DNA of 62,961 nt, filler included, from Globobulimina sp. (GCA_003354225.1; 23 parts of 23 records of this genome joined end to end with filler, not necessarily neighbours in it); one strand, 5' to 3'. Positions 45,009 through 57,600 are shown, counted from the first letter of the whole stretch. A program made the numbers and translations. The notes: a model not told the origin generated them from the letters alone.

Positions 45009-46256
45009 ATGTCCAACTTGAGTATTGCTAAAAAAGCGAGATTATTTGAAATATCATTGGTAAGCGGTTATTTCCTGATCAATTTCCCTTTGTACGCACC
45101 AACAGAAATCATCCAAACATGCATTTTGTATTGTTTCTTATTGGAAGGGTTTGATAAAGATTTGCACTCTGAAAATATACAAATCCAAGGCTTGAACCAT
45201 ACCATTTGCGAATTCAAACAATTATCGAAATCTGTGGAATATAGTATTGGTCGCAATATATTCGCCAAACATACACATAACTCAGACACTGCAGATCTGG
45301 AACCTTTACATAATTGCAATCCATTCGATAAAAATGTTCATTGGAGATTTGCAATCCAACATTTAATGGGTCCCAGCAGTGGAGGTATCATATTTGGCTT
45401 CGTTGAGAATGATCCACAGTGCTTTTCAAAACGGCTAAAAATCGCCGCTTCGTTGGCTTCATCATCGGTAAAACCAGGTTAACGACACAAAAATTGTGTA
45501 TTTTTTGAATAACGTTGCTATGAAATATTGATATTTTGCGTTGCTATTCAGGCGATTATGTGGATTTATATTTGGATATGAACGAAAGAGCGATGATGTT
45601 CATCAGAAACGGCTGGGATTTCATGGGAAGCATAAAACTGAAATCCACCAATGTTGGCTACCGATTTTGCATTCAGTTCTTTGATGCTTTTGGCAAAATT
45701 GAGTTGATTGAATATCATGAGTCAAATTGGTATATGCACAGATTGACAAACACCAAATTGAAAGATGCGACATTTGATATCAACAGAAACGAAGCAATAT
45801 GCCATGCTGGCTTAGCTTTGACGCGCCCACTGTTTGAATTAAATCATTTCGTGATCGCACTCTCATTGTTCCCCACTGTGCAGCGTTGGGTCGATGGCTT
45901 AATATTTAGTGCCATCTGCGGAGATCGCACAAATTACGAATTAAGCTTCGAATTCGCTTTAAGATACCAACCGAAAGGAAAAGGTGGGGAAAGTGGGTTA
46001 TTTAGCAAAAATATTTTATAACCAAGGAATGTATGACAAAGCTCTGCTTTTATTGGTGTTGTTGCAGCCGCAATATGTGAGAGAAAATAAGTTAAGTGAC
46101 ACCTTTGCAATGTGTTTAGCTGTGGTGGGAAACGAAAAAGAAGTGGTAAAACGTTTCAATTGCGATTTGCAGAGTGAGAATATGCAAATAATGTCCATAT
46201 TTATGACTTTAATGACATATTTCCTCCAATTAATTTGTTTTCTCTTATTTCATTAA
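45009..46256 (+). pseudogene. SPRY-like plus TPR-like protein with a frameshift; 3' end appears disrupted
   Basis: A 74-nt GT-AG intron at 45478-45551 gives KPGDYVDLYLDM...F.RNG. A frame change near 45975 is needed to reach YLAKIFYNQGMYDKAL. Confidence 0.55.
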
Positions 46257-46624
46257 TTGATTTTTGTTTCTAACTTTTGCGAATTTGCGTTTAAACTTAA
46301 TTTTGTTTACTTTTGAAGTGGTTACCTCCATTAATGGAATGACAATATTACATTATACGTTATAAGGCAAATCTGACCATGCACTTGTAAATACAAATAA
46401 CTGTTATTATCACTTTTTTAAATAAATTAGCGAAAAGTGAAGAACATTTAGTAGTTACAGTTGGTTGTTTAAATGTATTTCCTTGCGCTGTTAATGTACC
46501 ATTAAAAGTTACATTTAACAAACANNNNNNNNNNNNNNNNNNNNNNNNNNNNNNNNNNNNNNNNNNNNTTAATTAATTAANNNNNNNNNNNNNNNNNNNN
46601 NNNNNNNNNNNNNNNNNNNNNNNN

Positions 46625-47627
46625 GGCTATAATTTATTAAAAATTGGAATGGAAAGTAATGAGCGGTATTCCAACTGGTTAAGGTTGAGCCAATTCGGGT
46701 TATCGGCTTTCTGATCGATAAAATATATCTATATTTATTGCATAATGTCGGTTTAAAACTTATTTGATGTCCACTCATTGGACTTTCCTGTGCTATGAAT
46801 TGCAAATTGCTCTCATTATTATAATAATTACGTATAATATCTTCAATATCGCCGCATGACTTTGCTTGATATTGAGGTGTTTTTATAGGTGTTCCCATTC
46901 CAGGAATGTTACAATTTTCTTTGGTTGCTCGTTTCCCGGCATTTTTCACCGCAGTGTCACAAATTGTGGTTCCTCCACTTTTGCTGATGTGAATATTATA
47001 AAATATTGACGGATATTCTTTATTTTGTTGCAGTGTTTTCAAGTATAATTGATGTATTTTAATAAATATTTGAATGCTTTTATTGTAAGATATATGGTCA
47101 TGGTTTTGGTGGGGAATCAGTAATAATTTCTTGTGTAACATGATGATGTAACGACGAATAGAAATGATTTTATGTTGATTTGTCATTATAAATGGAATTG
47201 AATTGGAACTTGCATTGGAAAAGAAACTGATTGTAATATCCAATAATTTGTGATAGCATTTGATGGCAGTTTGTTTATTACTAAATTGTTGATGTTTTGA
47301 TAGTAAATTACTGATTGAAGATGAATATAATTTGTTTTGTGATAAAGTTGGGAGTAATTCATCTTTTACAAATATATAAAAGAATAATATTTGCCATTTT
47401 TCTTTTAATATTTTGATTGTATTAATTGTAAGCAGATTATCATCAAAATCAAAAGTCAAATATGATGGTGCTTCAATTCCAATTGATTGTGTAATACCGA
47501 TTGGATACTTTTGCGTTATATTACTGATATTATGCCAGTGGTAATGATCCAGTAAAATATAGAAAATGGTTAATATTGCAATAATAACGAGGCAGCCAAT
47601 GAAAAAAGTGATTTTCAGGAACTTCAT
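46625..47627 (-). CDS. Type II membrane (Golgi-type) sulfotransferase-like protein, 3'-partial
   Basis: N-terminal signal anchor, 5'-PSB-like HISKSGGTT and 3'-PB-like SIRKPITRIGS. Confidence 0.78.
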
Positions 47628-47809
47628 AGTTTAATTTTTTGAACTGTCAAAAAACTTTTCAACTTTCAACATGTCAACGTGACACTGAACTTGAAACAAA
47701 CATATTTAAAACAGTATCGGTGAGCTCAAACATTAATTGTCAAATACTATAAACACTCTGTAAATCGATATATATATATTGAAATTTCAAGAAAGTTCCA
47801 AAACACAAA

Positions 47810-49264
47810 ATGTTCTCAAAACTAGCACGCCGCCTTTCCCCAATACACAACAAACCAACACACACGCACTGGCACCACCCATTCCGTCATATACCACGGC
47901 CTCTATTCCTCCACACCACTCACTTCCAGACACACAACAAAGTGAACAAACTCAGCCCCATAACCAGTACACACAACAAACGACACTTCGCAAACCAATC
48001 GACCCCGCACCAAAACCAAAAGCCAACATATTGGATCAATCCATCTAACATTCCCAGCGGTGACCATCTCAAAAAGTACTGCCAAGACTTAACCGAATAC
48101 GCCAAAGATGGCAAACTCGACCCAGTCATCGGTCGCGACGACGAAATCAGACGAACCATCCGTGTCTTATCCAGACGAACCAAAAACAACCCGGTGCTTA
48201 TAGGCGACCCCGGTGTCGGGAAAACCGCCATCGCCGAAGGTTTGGCCCAAGCCATTGTGAAAGGGGAGGTTCCCGACAGTATAAAAAACACAAAGTTGAT
48301 GGCCTTGGACTTGGCTTCGCTGGTCGCCGGCGCCAAATATCGAGGCGAATTTGAGGAGCGCTTCAAAGGCGTTTTGAAGGATTTGGAAGAAAGCAATGGC
48401 ACTGTCATCATATTCGTGGACGAGCTGCATATGCTTGTCGGTGCCGGCAAGACTGAGGGCAGTATGGACGCGGCGAATATGTTAAAGCCGGCCTTGGCCA
48501 GAGGGGAGATAAAATTTGTCGGTGCTACGACACTGAACGAGTATAGGAAGTATATTGAAAATGACGGGGCGTTGGCGAGGCGGTTCCAGACTGTCTATGT
48601 GGATGAACCGTCGGTGCAGGACAGTGTTAGTATTTTGCGTGGAATTAAACATAAGTATGAGATCCATCATGGTGTGAAGGTACTGGATAACGCAGTGATT
48701 GGGTCGGTGAACTATGCGAAGCGGTACTTGACTGAACGGAAACTACCCGATTCGGCCATTGACTTGTTGGACGAAGCATGCTCGCATTTAAGGTTAAGTA
48801 TTGAAGTAAAAAGTTTTTTGTGATGTTTTATTTTGATTATGTGTGTGTGTTGAAGGTTAATGCAAGAGTCTCAACCGGAGGAGATTGAGAACTTGAATCG
48901 TGAAATTATAACTTTGCAAATTGAACAACAGGCTTTGTTGAAAGAACCAGAGGCCACCAATGTGAAAGATCGCTTGCTTAAAATCGACCGTGATTTAAGT
49001 GAAAAGCAAACTGTTTTATCCACCTTAACTTCGCAATGGAACAAAGAAAAAAATAAACGTAAAAATGAACAAAACTTAAAAGAAGAGTTGGATAAAAAAT
49101 ATAAACAATTAAGCGATGCGCAACGTGAAGGACAGTTTGAAGTTGCCGGAGAATTAAAATATAAAATAATCCCATCCATCGAGTCGGACTTAAATGACAT
49201 CCATACCTCCAGCTCGATGGTAGCAGACAGTGTGACCGATATGGACATCGCCGCGGAGCGCATC
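47810..49264 (+). CDS. clpB: Organellar (mitochondrial-type) ClpB/Hsp78 disaggregase, 3'-partial, 2 exons
   Basis: R/H-rich presequence and no Clp N-domain. Motifs [53 protein letters not shown] 63-nt intron at 48793-48855 precedes the M-domain coiled coil. Confidence 0.95.
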
Positions 49265-49364
49265 NNNNNNNNNNNNNNNNNNNNNNNNNNNNNNNNNNNN
49301 NNNNNNNNTTAATTAATTAANNNNNNNNNNNNNNNNNNNNNNNNNNNNNNNNNNNNNNNNNNNN

Positions 49365-49503
49365 ACTCTGCCACTTTCCTAAAACGAATGTTTTCAGGAT
49401 TTAAATATTTGTTTACTAATTCATTGGATGTTAACCATTGATAGATGTGACTTAATAAATCATCTGAACCTATTAATCTGCTCTTGTTACTGCAGGAACT
49501 CAT
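49365..49503 (-). CDS. Possible F-box-like protein N-terminus, 3'-partial
   Basis: DDLLSHIYQWLTSNELV is F-box-like, but the fragment is very short. Confidence 0.35.
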
Positions 49504-49709
49504 TGACAAAATGTTTAAGATCATTATAATAATACAGTTAGTTAACATTGCATTGAGTGAGGTATAGGTACCAAATTTTAATGTTCGACGTGAAAAAAAT
49601 CTTTGTTAAACACCCTTTTTGCTACGACCCTCAATACTCAATATATACCAAAAAACGCTATGATACTAAACACAAAATTAGCAAACACCAAAATGAGTCA
49701 CCACATTTA

Positions 49710-52004
49710 TCAATTAAATCCCAACAAACCACCCAATTTACGAAGTGATTTCCTCCTCCTTTGCTTCCGTTTCTCCTTTGCTCTCAATTTCTTCCCTTTC
49801 CCACCAGTCGATGTTATTTTAAACGTAGTTGTCTGTCGACTAAACCCCGGCTCCTTCCTATCCATATCCGCTTCCTCAATCCCAAGCAGTTTCTCTTGTT
49901 TCCCCTGTTTCTTTTTGTGCACTCCTCCCGCACCCACAGTAAATCGCGATTTCCGCCTTTGTTGTATAGCAGCCCCAATATTATCGATACTCATCAAATC
50001 CAACATATTCTCTGCACCGAGCGCCGATAGCTTCGCATCCATCTTTTGCTGCACACTCTTCTTTCCCTTGACTCTTTTCTTTGTCTTCACCGTAAAATCG
50101 TCAATATTCAATCCAACCGCGCCAGAAAACAATCCTTCCAATTTGCGTTCCAAAGTAACCGCAGCATTGCCCGGCAATGCGCCGTCAGCCAAGCTCTCCA
50201 TTTGCTTCTTCCGCGACCCTTTCCGCCGTTTGCTCGCCAGCTCTTTGGATTCCTTTCTCTTTTGTTCTCGCAACTTCTTGGCAGCTTTCCTCCGAAGGTC
50301 AGCCTCCGCCTTTTTGCGCTCCCGCACTGCGATGGCTTCCTGTTTCTGGATCTCTGCCACCACTTTGTTGACTTGCTGGGCGAACTCAAATAAGTAAGCT
50401 ATATATTCAAATTCGGTGTCATTCTTTTGCCCGAAATACACTCCCAACTCAAACAACGCGGTCTGCGAACTCTCGAAAGCAAGCTCCAACTCTTTGTATT
50501 GGCTACTCGCCGTCGTCCAAAATCTACGCATGATCGGCTCGAACATGTCCTCCATGACATCGTCCTTTTTGTCGTCGCTGTCGGCTTTGTCAACGATGAC
50601 GAAACTGTCCGCAATTTGTTTATCCTCCGCGTCTTCTTTAATTTTGCCACGGAGCTCTTGCAAAGTTTTACCGATTTCGGCGATGGCGGCCTGAATGAAC
50701 TCTGCGTCCAACTTGATGGCGGCCGGCAATATTTGGATAAACTCGTTGCGGAATTCCACTGCGACGGGAATGTCCTTCTTGCACTGTTTCACAATGAACG
50801 ACAGCAATGACTCTGTCTTGTCGGCAGACTTATTGTTCCCTAACGCCAATAAGCTCTCTATGCTGAAGCCAGCCACGCCGCCTTTTTTGGTGCCGCTGTT
50901 CATGTAATTACCGACCAACAGCACAAACTGCAACATTTTCTGAAACGAGGTGCTGTGAAACAGCGTATGATGCACTTGCTTGTAGATAGCCACTCTTTGC
51001 TGTTCGTCTGTGCATAATTCGTCAAATTGGAGCTTGAACTCCCAAAATTTGAGTCGGTCGCTGAGGTTCTCAATGTTACGCAAAGCGTAGCAAAATTTAT
51101 CCGCGACGTCTAAATCCCGAGCTTCGCCGTCAAAGTTTTTGAACATTTCCTGTTCTTCGGCAGTAGGCACAATCGGCATTAATTTCTGGATCTTGTCCAA
51201 ATCCAAGTATTCTTCGTTTAGACTCAAAATGGAATCGCAGACGATGGCATTTTGCATTTTTAGGCGCGATAAGGCAATGCACATATTATAAGAACGTTTG
51301 TCGTCTAACAAAGATATTATTTCTCGTTTTTGTTTTTTTGGTTTGGATTTGGAAGACTTTTGTTTGGATTTCTTTTTTCTTTTCACTGGTTTACCAAATA
51401 ACTTCTCCAATTCGTCGATATTTAAATGAATGTGTTGCTTTGAGTCAGCTGCAGTGTCGGTGTCGGCGTCTGCTGTTTTGTCGTCGTCGGCTTCTTTGTC
51501 TGTGGTGGGAGTGTTTGATTGAATGTCAATTTTGATGTTGTCCAAAGAGATATCATTCCATATTGATTCTTTGTTTGTATTTGTTTTGACTTTTTTGATG
51601 GGCTTCCAATGAAAGGGAACCATTTTTTTCCTTGGTGTGGGTACTGGATTGTTCTTGCTTGCTTTGTTGAGTTTACCCAAAGGCGGTGGTGCTAAAACAG
51701 GCGGTGCAAAAGGTAGCGGCGGTAAAGATAGTCCCAAAGGTGGTGGCGCGCATAATGTCGGAGGTATAGGTGCGCCCAATGGGGGCGGTGCGGGTGCATC
51801 TGAGATTGGATTGTGATAATTGATAAGTTAGTAAATGTATGGATGGATATGCATACTTGGAATAGGAGCTGCTGGTAATGGTGCTGCACCTAATAAAAAT
51901 TGTTTTTATCAACATTTAGTTAGTATATCGGTATATCTATATTTGTATATACCTGGTAAGGGAGCTGCTGTTGGTAATGGAGCTGCTGTTGGTAACGGTG
52001 CAGG
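49710..52004 (-). CDS. Formin (FH1-FH2), 5'-partial, with a 33-nt micro-exon
   Basis: FH2 motifs FHWKPI, LLDDKRSYNMCIAL, GNYMN.G...GF.I.SL..L...KS. GT-AG introns 51890-51952 and 51800-51856 flank exon 51857-51889 in the Pro-rich FH1. Confidence 0.92.
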
Positions 52005-52304
52005 NNNNNNNNNNNNNNNNNNNNNNNNNNNNNNNNNNNNNNNNNNNNTTAATTAATTAANNNNNNNNNNNNNNNNNNNNNNNNNNNNNNNNNNNNNNNN
52101 NNNNCTTCTACCTCCGACGACATGATGTAAAAGCAAGTAACTTTAGGTGAAGCTTTTTAGATTAAAAACATCTTTAACTGTAAAAATGTAAAATCAAATG
52201 GATTTATTCTGCGTGAATCCACGGCTGGCGCCAGTAGTACAATAATATGGTATATAAAAATAGCGTACATATTGGCAATATAAATGACAATAATATTATT
52301 TAAA

Positions 52305-53396
52305 TTAGTTGAGAGATGAGGATCTGCTCTGAATCTTCATTTTTATGGATACATTTTGCAATGCGTTGTTTATCATTGATGGCGATAGATTTGACATACT
52401 CCTTCTTATCGATGGTCCTTTTGACGGTGATAACAGGTTTAGAATGGTTGAGCGGTGTTCTTTGTAGTTGGCATTGCAAGGTTCAAATATTGCTTTTAAA
52501 TGGTCCGACGGCTTCCGATACATAAATAATATACAAATTGAAATGAGGATGTAATTAATATTGGAAATCAATTGCCATAACGGAGCATTTAATACCAATA
52601 TTAACACAAATGTGAGTATGTTGAACAATGCTAACAATATCACTGGCTTCAATAAGCGAGAAACCATTTTATTGATTCGTTTATTTCTATTGTTAGTGGA
52701 TGCTGCCTTGCGGCTGTTAGCGGTTTGTGGCACAATGGACGTCTTTGATATTGTTTGTACGATGCTGCGGCATTGGATTAATATGGAAATGAATGTACAC
52801 AAATCGAAACAGTACATTACAGATAACATAATTATTGAGGGTAGAAACGTAGATACAAAATTTTTACTGTATTTATAATCACATTCAAATAACTCCGAAT
52901 CACTCGAATCTGGCCACGGGTCGAAGTTAATCGCAAATAATGCCAATGATATTGCATAGGTTATCAGCGCCAATGTGAGGAGATAGGGATAAAAGTTAAA
53001 TAATCTCGGCAGTTTTATCCAATTCCCAGCGCTTAGCACAAATAAAATTAATCTATTTCGTAAGAAGAGTAATAACATGATGCCACTTAAAAGATAGATG
53101 ACTGTGTTGATGCAAATCCAAGCGATGCAATCTTGTGGGTTTGCAGCCCAATTTGATGTAGATTCGTTTGAAATGATTTTGAGTAAAAGTGAGGTGATGA
53201 TAAACAAGACTCCGCTTGAAATGAAGCCGAGATCGAACCAATTACATAACAATCGGTTTTTGTTTGAGACAACGGAGTGCGAAGTGGATAGTCTTTTGAT
53301 AATATGTAGTGTTCGCGGGAAATTAATCAGACAAAACACAAATAGTATGCATGCTGTAATTGTCAAATCACCGATTTTGGTGGTAACGAATGCCAT
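52305..53396 (-). CDS. 7TM GPCR-like membrane protein
   Basis: Seven hydrophobic segments, Cys at the top of TM3 and in the second extracellular loop, and a Ser-rich C-terminal tail. Confidence 0.75.
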   Translation of the reverse strand: MAFVTTKIGDLTITACILFVFCLINFPRTLHIIKRLSTSHSVVSNKNRLLCNWFDLGFISSGVLFIITSLLLKIISNESTSNWAANPQDCIAWICINTVIYLLSGIMLLLFLRNRLILFVLSAGNWIKLPRLFNFYPYLLTLALITYAISLALFAINFDPWPDSSDSELFECDYKYSKNFVSTFLPSIIMLSVMYCFDLCTFISILIQCRSIVQTISKTSIVPQTANSRKAASTNNRNKRINKMVSRLLKPVILLALFNILTFVLILVLNAPLWQLISNINYILISICILFMYRKPSDHLKAIFEPCNANYKEHRSTILNLLSPSKGPSIRRSMSNLSPSMINNALQNVSIKMKIQSRSSSLN

Positions 53397-53596
53397 TTTA
53401 TATTGCAATTAAAATACTGAGTTGAGTCACGTCATGTTATATTACTATATGACTTTATAAAGTCTTCATTTTGCATTCGTAATACTAGAACATTCCTTGT
53501 TGAGGTGGTTGGAACGCCATGGTTTGTTGCTGATTTTAAGAGAATAACTTTTTTTGGTGTTGGTATATTTGTAATAAAAGACACCTCTTAGACAGC

Positions 53597-54744
53597 ATGG
53601 ATTCGCTAATTTCCCTTCAACCAACACTGACAGATCCAGACAAACTTGGACTATTAATACAATGTAGAATGAAAATGGATAAATTAAATACTGATCAATT
53701 ATACAATTATGCACATTTAGCTCTTAAATTATTATCCATCAAACAATTGAAAAAACTTTTATTTGTTGGTTTTAATGCAATTAGAAATGATGTTGAATAT
53801 AATCAATTATTTAATATGAAATCTGTACTTGACGGAATTATTGAAAATGCAAAAAAATTAAAAAAAAATAAAAATAAATCAAAATCAAAATCAAAACAGA
53901 AACCTAAACCAACAATACCTATTATTCCAAAGAATGCATCATTAACAAAAACAATTCCATTTGATATTATAAGCAATAATATTTGTCCATTTCTTAAAAT
54001 GTCATCCATTACAAATTTAGCTCGATGTGATAGAAAATCAGCAGTAATCTGCCATACACCGACATCAATTAAAAATTTAATGCATAGATATGATCCTTAC
54101 AAATACGCTGAATTTTGTGATGGTGATATTGATGTTGAAATTGATGGGCATTACACCAATATGGAAAATTGGACTGTATCAAATATTCATAAATTTAAAA
54201 ATATTGACAAATTATCAATAAAATTATCAATTTTAAACCGTTTGGAATTATTCAATGTATTTCAGAAAGTAAAACATTTGACATTTCATATCGATCCTCA
54301 AATATGGCCTTCTGATTCAGGTATGGCGAAAATGAAATTAATGCCGCTATTACAAACAATATCGTTCGTAGATTTCAATGATATATGGACTTTATTACAT
54401 TTTCTGGCCATGGATCCAGCTCATTTCAATAAAATTATTCATCAATTGACATCGATTGCGTTTGTTGACTGTGTTTGTGATTCATTTGAAGATAACGGTT
54501 TTGACCCTGATGACGATTATTGTATATATGAAAAATACCAAAATATAGCAAATTTTATATTGCCATCACAACCAAATCGTTTACAAGTACTAAAATTTGA
54601 AAATTCATATTTTGGCAAAAGTACTGATCCACAATGTACTGATACAAATACTGAATTTGCAAATATTGAAAAAATTAAAACTTCATTATCCAATTTAAAA
54701 GGATTTGTTTATGGCAGAGAAACCATGGCGTTTTACAATGACAA
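53597..54744 (+). CDS. F-box-like protein, 3'-partial
   Basis: IPFDIISNNICPFLKMSSITNLARCDRK is F-box-like, with degenerate LxxL repeats downstream. Confidence 0.65.
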
Positions 54745-54844
54745 NNNNNNNNNNNNNNNNNNNNNNNNNNNNNNNNNNNNNNNNNNNNTTAATTAATTAA
54801 NNNNNNNNNNNNNNNNNNNNNNNNNNNNNNNNNNNNNNNNNNNN

Positions 54845-55282
54845 AATTTTGCTGTTTTTAATATAAATGGTTCTCAATGCCGATTTATTTTGATGTCCAA
54901 AATAGTTACGATGCGTTAATACAGCTAAGCCGCCAATTAATGGCTGCTGGATATTGTCATGCTATAATTTTGTTGAATTTTTCGATTTATTGGATAATAA
55001 TATTAATACGGCACATATTCCCCACACTGGTTTCCCTGACGATACATATGATTGTAATGGTTGTATTAAATTATAATCTTTGCATACAACGCCGACTGAT
55101 ATTGATTCGCCGCCCGGTATTAATAAACCATCACATTTTAATAACGTTTTTGCATCGCGGACATCTATTATATTTACACATTTTCCTGTCGTTACATTTA
55201 GTTGTTTTAATATATTCATATTTTCTGTAAAGTCGCCTTGAATGCCAAGCACTCCTATCGTTGGTATTGATGACTGTGTCAT
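54845..55282 (-). pseudogene. PDX2: Pyridoxal 5'-phosphate synthase glutaminase subunit with an in-frame TAG, 3'-partial
   Basis: Motifs IGVLGIQGDF.E, DGLLIPGGES and PVWGICA. After the TAG at 54962-54964 the same frame continues QQPLIGGL.V..HRNYFGHQ..S. Confidence 0.85.
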
Positions 55283-55461
55283 ATTTGGATAAATATTGTT
55301 AGAAATTTCTGGAAGCAAAGCTAAAACTTGAAATTGATGAATAATTTAATATTAATATATCAAAGAGTAATATCAATATGATAGTTCACACAGACATGAC
55401 ATGAGATGACTAGATGTAATATGAGATTTTTAGCACTAAACTAACACTAAATTCTAAAACC

Positions 55462-57417
55462 ATGGATGTTAGTCATGTTACCACTACCAATCACATGCAA
55501 CGCCCTAAAAATCATCTATTGCATGATCTATTCCATGACCTTCTGATTTACGTATTTAATTTCCTTCAAATTGAGTCAATTATTCAATTAAAATTAACAT
55601 CAAAGTATTTGAACAAAATAATCAATGCTAACAATCAAAGTTATCATTATTTGCATATGCAAACATTAGAGACAATATTCAGTAAATCTGATGATGATAA
55701 AAAATACCAATTAATGGAATGTTTCAAATCAATCAAATCATTAGAAACTGTAATAAATTTAAATCGAATCTTTCCAATTGCGGAGTTAAAACAAAATGAT
55801 GAATATAAAAAATCAAAATTATTCCAAGAGTTACCGCCAAAATCATTTTATGAAGATTTTGTCACTCAATTTCTATCTCAATTGCATCGATTAGAAGGAC
55901 TGACTGTGAATGGCTGTTTTGACGATGTTGCCATCAAATTGCCATTCCAGCCCAGATTGAAATCGATGACCGTCAGAAATACAGAATCCTCCTCTTTGTT
56001 ATCTTCATTCTTTCATACTTTATTAACGTCGCAATTCAATATCAACACTTCCACAAACACTGCGTACAATAATTTGAAAAATGATAAAAATCACCTCATT
56101 AACGCTTGGTGTCAGATATTGAATAAAGCGGGAAATCATACATTATGTTCGTTGAAGGTATTAAACTTTGTCGCGTCGCTTAAAACATTATTTAAGTTGT
56201 CACGCTTTGAAAATTTAAGCTCATTACAAATTCAGTACGATTCCATTGATTATGACTCAAATAAAGATATTATGGAAGACAATGCTGACTTGGCGGAAGA
56301 AATTGCATTTTTAAAATCAAAAATACGTATGATTACAGATAGCGATATTGAGTTATTTGTGTGTTTATTATTTAAAAATATTGTATGTCTTGAAAATGTG
56401 TCCATTTCTGGTGAGGAGAGTGCAAATATGCAGTTGTTTGACGGCGACAATAACTCATTGTCGCTATTAATGCTTTATTATGTATTATATTTCCAGGGAA
56501 CTAATTTACATTCACTCAGTGTCCGGATCTGCATTGAGAATGAATTAAAATATCAATATCATTATAAGAATATGCAAATTTATCATAAAATCATAAACTA
56601 TCCATTCAGATTTAACGTAAAATATTTTAATTCAGTGTCAATCGCATTAGTTACGCCAGAAAATGAGGAGAAGAATGATGAGAATACGAATGAAAAGGAG
56701 ATTGATGGAGATATGGATGATATAATTATAAAATATGGAAATGCGACAAAACGAATGGAATATATATCAATATTACCACTGTCGATACAAAGTTTTGTGT
56801 CAATATTTGAGCGATTTAAATGTTGTTTGGATGAATATTATATGGAGGATAATATGGAGAGGTTTCATATCAATAATTTTGACTTAAATTTGGAATCTAC
56901 ATATAAACATTTTGGATATTATTATGGTTTTATGATTGCAAAAGGAATTTATTCATTCCATCCCCGAATGGTTACGATCACATCGAATTTATTAGAGCTT
57001 GACATGAATGATAGCCAATTATTTATAAATACATTACAATCAATTGCAAAATGGCTATGTTTGTTCATTGCCAATTGCAATAAATGTAGTTCTACGGATA
57101 AGAAGAGATTGAAAATAATTCAAACATTAAAAATATCCGTTTCATGCATTCGACAAATAAGTGTTAAAAAATTGAGTGAATTTTGTGTTGGGGATGGAAA
57201 TGATGAAAGGTTAATAAATGCGTTACAAATATTTGCAAAAGATTTATGTGTTGAAAATATTGATTTGCAGATTGAAACAATGAGTCGCAGCGATGATACG
57301 GACAAATTAAGATATTATATAAGAATGCAGAAACATGTCAAATCGATCGGATTTAAAATTGATTTAAAACCAAATGATACTGCACAGTCTCTTGTAATAT
57401 CATACAATGCAAAATAA
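55462..57417 (+). CDS. F-box protein with a degenerate LRR-like C-terminal region
   Basis: LFHDLLIYVFNFLQIESIIQLKLTSKYLNKII at the N-terminus of a 651-aa intronless ORF. Confidence 0.75.
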   Translation: MDVSHVTTTNHMQRPKNHLLHDLFHDLLIYVFNFLQIESIIQLKLTSKYLNKIINANNQSYHYLHMQTLETIFSKSDDDKKYQLMECFKSIKSLETVINLNRIFPIAELKQNDEYKKSKLFQELPPKSFYEDFVTQFLSQLHRLEGLTVNGCFDDVAIKLPFQPRLKSMTVRNTESSSLLSSFFHTLLTSQFNINTSTNTAYNNLKNDKNHLINAWCQILNKAGNHTLCSLKVLNFVASLKTLFKLSRFENLSSLQIQYDSIDYDSNKDIMEDNADLAEEIAFLKSKIRMITDSDIELFVCLLFKNIVCLENVSISGEESANMQLFDGDNNSLSLLMLYYVLYFQGTNLHSLSVRICIENELKYQYHYKNMQIYHKIINYPFRFNVKYFNSVSIALVTPENEEKNDENTNEKEIDGDMDDIIIKYGNATKRMEYISILPLSIQSFVSIFERFKCCLDEYYMEDNMERFHINNFDLNLESTYKHFGYYYGFMIAKGIYSFHPRMVTITSNLLELDMNDSQLFINTLQSIAKWLCLFIANCNKCSSTDKKRLKIIQTLKISVSCIRQISVKKLSEFCVGDGNDERLINALQIFAKDLCVENIDLQIETMSRSDDTDKLRYYIRMQKHVKSIGFKIDLKPNDTAQSLVISYNAK

Positions 57418-57600
57418 GTGGATCACTGATAGGAAAAGTAGCATTTTAAAAACCTGACTTTATTTTTTTTTCTTGAATTTTGTNNNNNNNNNNNNNNNNN
57501 NNNNNNNNNNNNNNNNNNNNNNNNNNNTTAATTAATTAANNNNNNNNNNNNNNNNNNNNNNNNNNNNNNNNNNNNNNNNNNNNATCTTAATTGCCTACAG

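Noticed and set aside
49603-50397. Long antisense ORFs such as this 264-aa one, and those opposite PUM, PI3K, ATP9 and the Cys-rich gene
   Set aside because: These are shadow frames of real genes on the other strand, with no domain signal.
54962-54964. Possible UAG stop-codon reassignment, suggested by the in-frame TAG in PDX2
   Set aside because: TAG ends other genes here (5379-5381, 6773-6775, 14169-14171), including exactly at the end of the SPRY domain (15925-15927). Long conserved ORFs have no internal TAG, and PDX2 shows other signs of decay.
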